Assembly (NCBI RefSeq): GCF_009914755.1
Contig: NC_060926.1
Direction: 5' to 3' (one strand)
Origin: the human T2T-CHM13v2.0 reference genome, Homo sapiens
Length of the DNA: 64,000 nucleotides
The position numbers were made by a program, and so were the translations under genes. Below the pieces are notes generated by a model. The model did not search any database. It was not told the origin of the DNA and worked only from the letters and a program-made list of their open reading frames with translations. Within the stretch, counting starts at the first letter, position 1, and each line of letters starts with the position of its first letter. This document shows positions 55,090 to 64,000 of the stretch, in pieces.

Positions 55090-58000
55090 GGAGAAGAGCC
55101 AAGATGGCTGACTAGATGCAGCTAAGAGGAGCTTTCCCACCGAGAGACCAGACCAACAAAATCGGCACACTCCAAGCAGATCTTCAGAAGGAAGGTATTG
55201 AGAATGGACAGAGGGAGGGTGCAGACCCCGGGGAAGGGGTGAGTTAAACAGGCAAGGAGTGGCCCACTCTCACAATAGACCTCTAGAATCCCAGCTGCAG
55301 GAGACCTCACAACCCCCACAGACATTTGAGCTCACAGGGAGATCTGTTTGGAGAGTTGTCAGGGACAGGACTCTAGTCTGCGAGGAGCCCAGAAGGTTTG
55401 ATGTGGGAAAAGCTGCTGTGAAATATGAGCCCCCAAGGCTCGCCACACTCCTCTAAGTGGTTTTGGCTTTTGTTGACTGTTGGATCTGTCTTGCTTATGA
55501 GATGGGTCCAGGATAATCTAAGCACACCCTGTCTGCTGGCCTATCCTGGGTTCCCTCCCTCACCGTGCCTGCTTGCAGCACAGCTTTGGATGCCCAAGTA
55601 GGGTGCTTCCCAGTGGCTGCCACCATAGCTTCTTTGTTGGCAGACCCCATCTAACCACTGGAAAGCTTCTGCAGATGGACCTCCCCACCACCACTTTGCT
55701 AGTGTGTACTCACCTGCAGCTTTCCCTATCACTTTGCAAGGCACACATATGCATGAGGACCCCGCTACCCCACTGGTGCCTGCACATGCATGCATGCAGA
55801 CCCCACTGTCACCACCTCAACAAAGCACTTTTGCTAGCACCCCACCATTGCAGTATTGTTGCCAGCAAACCAGCAATAAATACCTAGGACCTTCCAGCAC
55901 AGCAGGTGCTTAACAGCTCAACACTTTTGGGCTGTGTGCTCTAATCCTGGGGGGCCGGGACAAGTCTCATGGCCACCAAACAAAGCCATGAGCCTGGTCC
56001 CGGGCCTCTAGCATTAGAGCACACAGCCCAAAAGTGTTAGGTTGAGCCTTGGCCCCCTGAAATCATCCAGAAATGAAGCCAGTCAATGGAGCCTAACTTA
56101 TACTACAGTCAAATCCTCAAAGGCATCAAAGAGTGTAACAGCAAAAAGCCCCATCCAAAGGACATCTTCAAAAATTAAAGGAATATCAGCCCACACAGAT
56201 GAGAAAGAACCAGCACAAGAACTCTGGCAACTCAAAAAGCCAGAGTGTCGTCTTATCTCCAAATTATTGCACTAGCTTTCCAGCAGTGGTTCTTAACCAA
56301 GCTGAAATGGTCGAAATGAGAGGCACAGAATTCAAAATCTGTATGGCAATGAAGGTCACTGAGATTCAGAAGAAATGTGAATCCCAATCCAAGGAAACCA
56401 AGGAATCCAGTAAAATGATACAGGAACTGAAAGATGAAATAGTCATTTTTAGAAAGAACCAAACTGATCTGATAGAGCTGAAAAACTCACTACCAGAATT
56501 TTATAATATAATCAGAAGTATTAACAGCAGAATAGACCAAACTGAGGAAAGAATATGAGAGCTCAAAAACCAGTTCCTCTAATCCACTCAGTCACACAAA
56601 AATAAAGAAAAAAGAATAAAAAAGAATGAGCAAAACCTCTTAGATATATGGGATTATGTAAAAAACAAACCTACAACTCATTAGCCTCCCTGAAAGAAAA
56701 GGAGAGAGAGCAACCAACTTGGAAAACATATTTGAGGATATTGTCCATGAAAATTTCCTCAACCTCACTAGAGAGGTCTACATTCAAATTCGGGACATTA
56801 AGAGGACTCCCTTAAGATACTATACAAGATAACCATCCCTAAGACACATAGTCATCAGATTCTCCAAGGTCGATATAAAAGAAAAATTATTAAAGGCAGC
56901 AAGAGAGAAGGGGCAGGTCACCTACAAGGGAACCTCATCAGGCTAACAGCAGACCTTCAGGCAGAAACCCTATAATCCAGAAGAGATTGGGAGCCTATAT
57001 TTTGCATTCTTGAAGAAAAGAAATTCCAACCAGGAATTTAATATCCAGCCAAATTAAGCTTCATAAGCAAATCCTTTTCAGACAAGCAAATGCTGAGAGT
57101 TTGTTACTACCAGACCTACTTTACAAGTCGTCTTTAAGGGAGTGCTAAATATGGAAATGAAAGACCATTACTGACTACCACAAAAACATACTTAAGTACA
57201 TAGGCCATTAACATTATAAAGCAACTACCACATCAAGTCTATGTAACAACTAGCTAACAGCATAATGACAGGATCAAATTCACACATTTCAATATTAACC
57301 TTGAATGTAAATGTGCTAAATATCCATTTAAAAGTCACAGAATGGCAAGCTGGATAAAGAAGCAAGACCCAACTGTATACTATCTGCAAGAGACTCATCT
57401 CACATGCAATGACACCAAAGGTTCAAAGAAAAGGGTTGGAGAAAAGTCTATCAAGCAAATAGAAAACAAAAAAAGAGCAGGGGTTGTTATTCTGATTTCA
57501 GACAAAACAAACTTTAAACCAGCAGGGATCAAAAAGGACAAAGAAGGGCATTACATAATAATAAAGGGTTCAATTCAACAAGACTCAACAACACTAAATA
57601 CATATGCACCTAACACTGGAGCACCCAGACTCATAAAACAAGTTCTTAGAGACCTACAAAGAGACTTAGATAACCACACAATAATAGTGGGAGGCTTTAA
57701 CACCCGACTAACAGTATTAGATCAAGGCAGAAAACTAACAAAAATATTCAGGACTTAAATTTGACACTTTACCAAATGAACCTAAAAGACATCAACAGAA
57801 CACTCCACCAACAACAGAGTATACATTCTTCTCATCTGCACGTAGCACATACTCTAAAATTGACCTCACACTCATCCATAAAGCAATTCTCAACAAATTT
57901 TTTTAAAAATCATACAAACCACACTCTCAGACCACGGCTCAGTAAAAATAGAAATCAATACCAAGATGACATCTCAGAACCATACGATTCCATGGAAATT

Positions 58001-60490
58001 GAACAACCTGCTCCTGAATGACTTTTGGGCAAACAATAAAATTAAGTCAGAAATCAAGAAGTTCATTGAAACTAACAAAAATGAGGATACAAGACAAAAG
58101 AACCTATGGCATACAGCTAAAGCAGTGTTAAGAGGAAAGTTTATAGTGCTAAACACCCACATCAAAAAGTTAGAAAGAACTCAAATTAACAACCTAACAT
58201 CACTCCTAGAGGAACTAGAAAAACAAGATCAAACCAACCCCAAAGCTAGTAGAAGAAAAGAAATAACCAAAATCAGAGCTGAACTGAACTAAATGGAGAG
58301 GTGAAAAACCATGCAAAAGATCAACAAAATCAAAAGTTGTTTTGTTGAATGAATAAATAAGATTGATAGACTGCTAGCTAGACTAATAAACAAAAAAAAG
58401 AGAAGATCCAAATAAACACAATCAGAAATGACAAAGGGGACATTATCACTGACCCCATAGAAAAACAAAAAAGCCCTAAAGACTATTATGAACAACTGTA
58501 TGCACATGAACTAGAAACCCTAGAAGAAATGGAGAGATTTCTGGAAATATACAACCTCCGATGATTGAACCAGGAAGAAATTGAAAACCTGAAAAGACCA
58601 ATAGCGAGTTCTGAAATTTAACAGTAATAAAAAGTCTACCAACCAGAAAAAGCCCTGGACCAGAATGACTCACAGCCAAATTATACCATATATATAAAGA
58701 AGAGCTGGTACCACTCCTACTGAAACTATTCCAAAAACCTGAGGAGGAGGGCCTCCTCCCTAACTCATTCTACGAAGCCAGCAGAATTCTGATACCCAAA
58801 TTTGGCAGAGATACAACAAAAAAAGAAAACTCCAGGCCAATATCCCTGATGAATATAGATGCAAAAGTCCTCAACAAAATACTAGGAAACTGAATTCAGC
58901 AGCACATCAAAGAACTAATCCTCTATGATCAAATAGGCTTTATTCCTGAGATGCAAGTTTGCCTCAATATATGCAAATCAATAAATAGATTCATCATATA
59001 AACAGAACTAAAAACAAGAACCACATGATTATCTCAATAGACAGAAAAAAATGCTTTGGATAAAATTCTACATCCCTTCATGTTAAAAACCCTCAACAAA
59101 CTAGGCTTCAAAGGAACATGCCTCAAAATACTAAGAGCCATCTATGACAAACCCATAGCCAACATCATACTGAATGGGCAAAAGCCGGAAGCATTCCCCT
59201 TGAGTACCAGAACAAGACAAGGATGCCCATTCTCACCACTCTTATTCAACATAGAACTGGAAGTCTATGCCAGAGCAATCAGGCAAGAGAAAAATAAGCA
59301 TCCAAATACAAAGAAAGGAAGTCAAACTATCTCTATTAGCAGATGATATGATTCTATGCCAAGAAAACCCCATAGTCTCTGCTCAAAGGTTCCTAGACTG
59401 ATAAATAACTTCAGCAAAGTTTCAGGATACAAAACCAATGTATAAAAATTAGTAGCATTTCTATACACCAATAACATCCAAGCTGAGAACTGAATAAAAA
59501 ATGCAATTCCATTCACAATAGCCACAAAAAGAATAAAATACCTAGAAGCACAGCTAACCAGATAGATTAGAGTCTCTACAATAAGAATTACACAACACTG
59601 CTGAAAGAAATCAGCAATGGCACAAACCAATGGAAACACATTCCATGCTCATGGATAGGAAGTATCAATATTGTTAAAATGACCATACTGCCCAAAGTAA
59701 TTTACAGATTCAACGCTATTCCTATCAAACTATCACTAATATTTTTCACAGAATTAGAAAATAAAATTCATATGGAACAAAAAAAGCCCGAATAGCCAGA
59801 GCAACCCTAAGCAAAAACAATAAAGCCATAGGCATCACACCATCCAACTTCAAACTATACTACAAGGCCACAGTAACCAAAACAGCATGGTACTGTTACA
59901 AAAACGGACACATAGACCAATGGAACAGGCTAGAGAACCCAGAGATGAAACCACACACCTATAGCCATCTGACTTTCAACAAAGTGGACAAAAATGAACA
60001 ATGGGGAAAGGACTTGTTATTCAATAAATGGTGCTGGGATGACTGGCAAGCCATATGCAGAAGATTGAAATTGGACCACTTCCTTTCACCATATACAAAA
60101 ATCAACTCAAGATGGATTAAAGACTTCAATGTAAAACCTAAAACTATTAAAAGAAAGTTCAGAAGAAAACCTAGTCAATACCATTCTGGACACAGGAACA
60201 GGCAAAGATTTCATGAAGAAAACTCCAAAAGCAATTTCAGCAAAAACAAAAACTGACAAGTGGGACCTAATTAAACTAAAGAGCTTCTGCACAGCAAAAG
60301 AGATTATCAACAGAATATATAGACGAATGACAAAATGGGAAAAAAAGATGTGCAAACTATGCATCTGACAAATGTCTAAGATCCAGAATCTATAAGGAAC
60401 TTAAACAAATTAACAAGTAAAAAACAAACAATCCCATTGAATAATGGGCAAAGGACATAAACAGACATTTCTTTAAAGAAGATGTACATA
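55090..60490 (+). mobile_element. Older primate L1 (L1PA13-16-like) with 5'UTR, degenerate ORF1 and ORF2, lacking the 3' end
   Basis: gccaagatggctgactaga start; ORF1 remnant MRKNQHKNSGNSKSQS (56199-); ORF2 fragments at 57342-60256. Homology stops at ...acagacatttctttaaagaagatgtacat. Confidence 0.9.
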
Positions 60491-61059
60491 TTGGAAGGAA
60501 AAAAGTATATATACACACACATATATTTACACATAAGATTGTAAAAACAATAGAGAAGAAAACTAGTACTCACAGGTTGAATCAACATCAAAAGCTCCAT
60601 ATCTATGTAAGCATTGAGCACATTCAAAAAATATAATTAAAGTAGGCAAAGTAGATTTTGAATTACTTCTCAAAGGAATCAAAGAACACTGATTATTACA
60701 CACTATGATACATACTTTGTGTTAGTCCTGTTCCATGTTCAAATGTTAATTAAAGGCTTGATGGTAGAAATTGGTAGACTGTCTGTACTTTGATGGCATC
60801 TTTTTCTGCTTTTCCTGGTGAAAAAAAACTCCACTTTCTTGGCTAATCCTTTTTATACAACAGTTAGAATAGTTTACATCTATTTTTCAATTTTTTTATG
60901 TAGCCATGTTTTCTATACTAAAATAATAAAAGTCAGATAATTATCATTTTGTTCCTTTAACATATTCAGCATTTACCTTTGGGTGGGGCTACTTACCTGC
61001 TTTTTCTACTGCACATTTATTTTGGATTCAGTTGGATTTAGGATGCCATGGTTCATTCT

Positions 61060-61230
61060 GTTTGCACATTATCATCATCTGCAGAGCTTTGTAAAAATAT
61101 TCGGAAGCTTGCCCACCCTCCAAAAATTCTGATTTAATTGATCTGGGCTAGAACTCAGATACTCATACTTTTTAAATTCCTCTGGTAAGATTCTAATGAC
61201 TAGGATTTTGAATCATTAGTTTTGAGAAGC
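61060..61230. mobile_element. MER5-like hAT fragment
   Basis: gcacattatcatcatctg...attctgatttaattgatctggg...gattctaatg motifs. Confidence 0.55.
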
Positions 61231-63101
61231 CTACCCAACCTCTTCTAGATACCTAGTTATTCAACATGAAGATTGATATGTGGCTTAGTTCTCATTGACA
61301 TAAAATAATATTGATCCAGGTGCACACCACTTTGAATCATGAAACAGAAAAAGAGATGGGTCTTGGTATATTGGTAACTCAGAGGTGCCATGTGAAATGG
61401 CATTTCACAGAGGGACTTAGGAAAGCTTATGAGATCTTGATTTCATCAATTGGAAGGATAATGCTGAAAAAGCAGAATTAAAGTATTCCAAACCAATTAA
61501 TATTTACTTGTGTTAGTAATACTTCCCAATCATAATCACTACTGTTACTCACTTTCAATGCCAGGTATCTTCAATTAGTTCTTTGGTTCTATTAATAGTT
61601 ATTGCTTGCCTCTTTAAAAGAGAAAACACTAACTTTCAGAGTTTGATGATATTTGAAATCAAATTGCAAATGCTTCTGCAGATCAGCTTCCCCTCCTTTG
61701 GGGAGAAAGCGCCTCCCATGATTATACTGTTGGATTTTCTGGAAGCAGACTCCTGGATACACTTATGGGTACAAAAAATAATAGTTGTATTCACTGTGGA
61801 ATGAGAAATTTCTCTCTACTAGGGAGAGGTCAGGGTCTGGGGTCAGCACTGCTGTCCTATGGCTGAGTCATAGACAGAAGCTGCCATTCTGGGAGAGAGC
61901 ACAAGTGAAGAATGAGGAGTAAAGAGACAAGAGCAGCAGCAAGGACGAAGTGCTTCAGCAAGACCTTCTCTCCCTGTTTCACAAGGCAGCTTAAGCATTA
62001 CAGGCTCTCTTCACCAATTAAGGTATTTCTGAAATTCCAGCCAGTCACACACAAACAAACATTTCATGAATAGAAATATGTCAATAGAATATTTAAGTGC
62101 AAATATTGCATTTCCACATTTTACAAGAATACACTTTCTAAAATAAACTATTTAATTTTTTATAAATTGGCTCCTCTGCAGAAATGGTTTAAAAGCTAGG
62201 AAAACATGAATTGCAGCATTTTTTTAACAGGTGGTAGTATAAAGAAAGTTTTTAAAAAAATTTTTTCTATACTTCAGTGCAAAGATTAAATTGAGATGTA
62301 GTTTTCTAAAGGGCAGTTTGGCATTTTTCACCTTAATAAAATGAAGCCTCCTCCATTATGACATAATACGAAATGAAAGCTTGAACATTTTCATCACATC
62401 ATATGACAAATAGTATATATAATAATGAAGGCTCAGGATTAAAAATGTTTCAAACCATATTCGTGTCGAAGGAAAATGAATACTGGGTGACTCAAAAAAT
62501 ATGGCTTCTAGCATCGTGAACCAACTTAAACACTGAAAGATGTGATTGTCTATAAAACAAGAAACAAATTAAGGAGGCTTTGAGATATTGAAGTCTACCT
62601 GAAGTACAATATATACATTTCTTTTTGCCTTCTTAAATCTCTGTAGAAGAATAAGATTTTGTATTCCTGAAACAGACTGTGAGACAATTGATAGGAATCA
62701 GATATCTGGTATAAATTTTTTTGGTGAAGCCACTGAAATTAAAGTTAAAACAGATATCTGGCCAATTAAAGAACTGACCATTCATGTTTTATGATTTCAA
62801 ATATGTGAATCCTAAAATGGTGTCAGGAACTAGCATCTACCTCTGTACTGTACAGGCATCAGTGTGTGATGCTGAGTCACTTAACCCTGTGCTTCAGGGA
62901 TGTGTTGACTAATAAGCCCTAATAAGAAGTCAAGTGAAAAAAAATGTAAGTGCATTGGATTGCAATATTAAGACAAGATGAAAAAAAAACACTGAGCTAC
63001 AGAAGAGTTCATTTGAAAGGCTAAAATCTATGTCATAATGTGAAAAGAATATTACTAATTACAGAGTAGAACAGGCACTGTTCCAAGTGCTTTATCTATA
63101 C

Positions 63102-63655
63102 TGTAGTAATTTTAAAACTTGTCCAAAATTTCTTTGATACTCCTCCTCATTGAGATTTGAGGTTTATATCGCTTTCTCTTGACTCTGGAGCCACCTTAAC
63201 GACTTGCTTATAACCAATAAACTGCAGCAGAAATGTTGCTATGTGACTTTCGAGACTAGATAAGAAAAGACTGTGCAACTTCCTCCTGGTTCTCTTGGGA
63301 TGTTCACTCTGAGTGAAGTGAGCTGTAAAAAGTCAAACTACCCTGAGACTGACACTTAGGAGAAGCCCTGTATATTCACTCCAGTGGACAGTCCAAACTG
63401 AGCTCCCAGTTGTCAGCCATCATCAACTGTCAACATGTGAGTGATTCATCTGCTGTACATGGCCCATTCAAGTCTTCAAAATAACAACAGCCCCAGCCAC
63501 ATCTTACTGTAATCGCAGGAGAGACTCTAAATGAGAACGTCTTGCTGAGATCTCCCAAATTCCTGACTCATAAATCATGAGCACAACAAAATGGTTGTTT
63601 TATGCTGTTAAGATTTAGACTAACGATTTGTTATACAACAATAGTAACCAAAAAA
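63102..63655 (+). mobile_element. MLT1 (F/G/H-like) LTR inserted in a MIR
   Basis: aatttctttgatactcctcc...accaata...tgtgactttcgagactaga...tggttgttttatgc...ttgttatacaacaatagtaacc. MIR sequence flanks both sides. Confidence 0.7.
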
Positions 63656-64000
63656 TATATTAACTCTAATCCTCATAACAACCTTACAAAATAGCTACTC
63701 TTATTCCCATTTCTTGGATAAGGAAATTGATTCCCATTGATATTAAATGGCATTCCCAACGTTACATGGCTTGTGAGCAGCAGTGCTGATATCTGAACCC
63801 AGGTAGTCAGCCTCCAGGGTCATTTCTCTTAAGTATCTCGAAATGGATATTGTCGTCTCTGAACTTTTGTGCCATCTCAGATCCTTTTGGCGTCACCTGA
63901 CTCTGGAGCCAGTCACCACTTCTTTCAGCTGCAGTCACCTCTACAGAGATTAATGCTAAGCGGACTGTTGCCAACTTCATCTTGCCTAATGCCCCTGCTA

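Overview
Primate (very likely human) genomic DNA. Positions 1-~34,220 hold the 3' half of MAP2 (microtubule-associated protein 2) on the + strand. Eight coding exons were read from the sequence, all with AG/GT boundaries and a consistent frame. They include two frame-preserving cassettes: the 171-nt 'exon 13' and the 93-nt fourth-repeat exon of MAP2d. They also cover the proline-rich region, the tau-like KXGS/PGGG repeats, the stop at 30509-30511 and a ~3.7-kb 3'UTR. The rest is repeat-rich intergenic DNA. It contains a full-length L1PA2/L1PA3-type LINE-1 on the - strand (ORF1 intact, ORF2 broken, ORF0 truncated) lying head-to-head with an older 3'-truncated L1, plus Alus, LTRs, hAT DNA transposons, MIR/L2 relics and an intronic 5S rRNA pseudogene. 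I see no new protein-coding gene and no convincing new multi-gene system. The best leads are: the L1 antisense promoter/ORF0 splice donors pointing downstream; possible truncated MAP2 isoforms (last-intron retention, intronic polyadenylation after exon 13); a long fold-back hairpin in the old L1 5'UTR; a micro-inversion in an MST LTR; and several template-switch palindromes and duplications. Repeat subfamily calls are from recall of consensus sequences, not from a database search.
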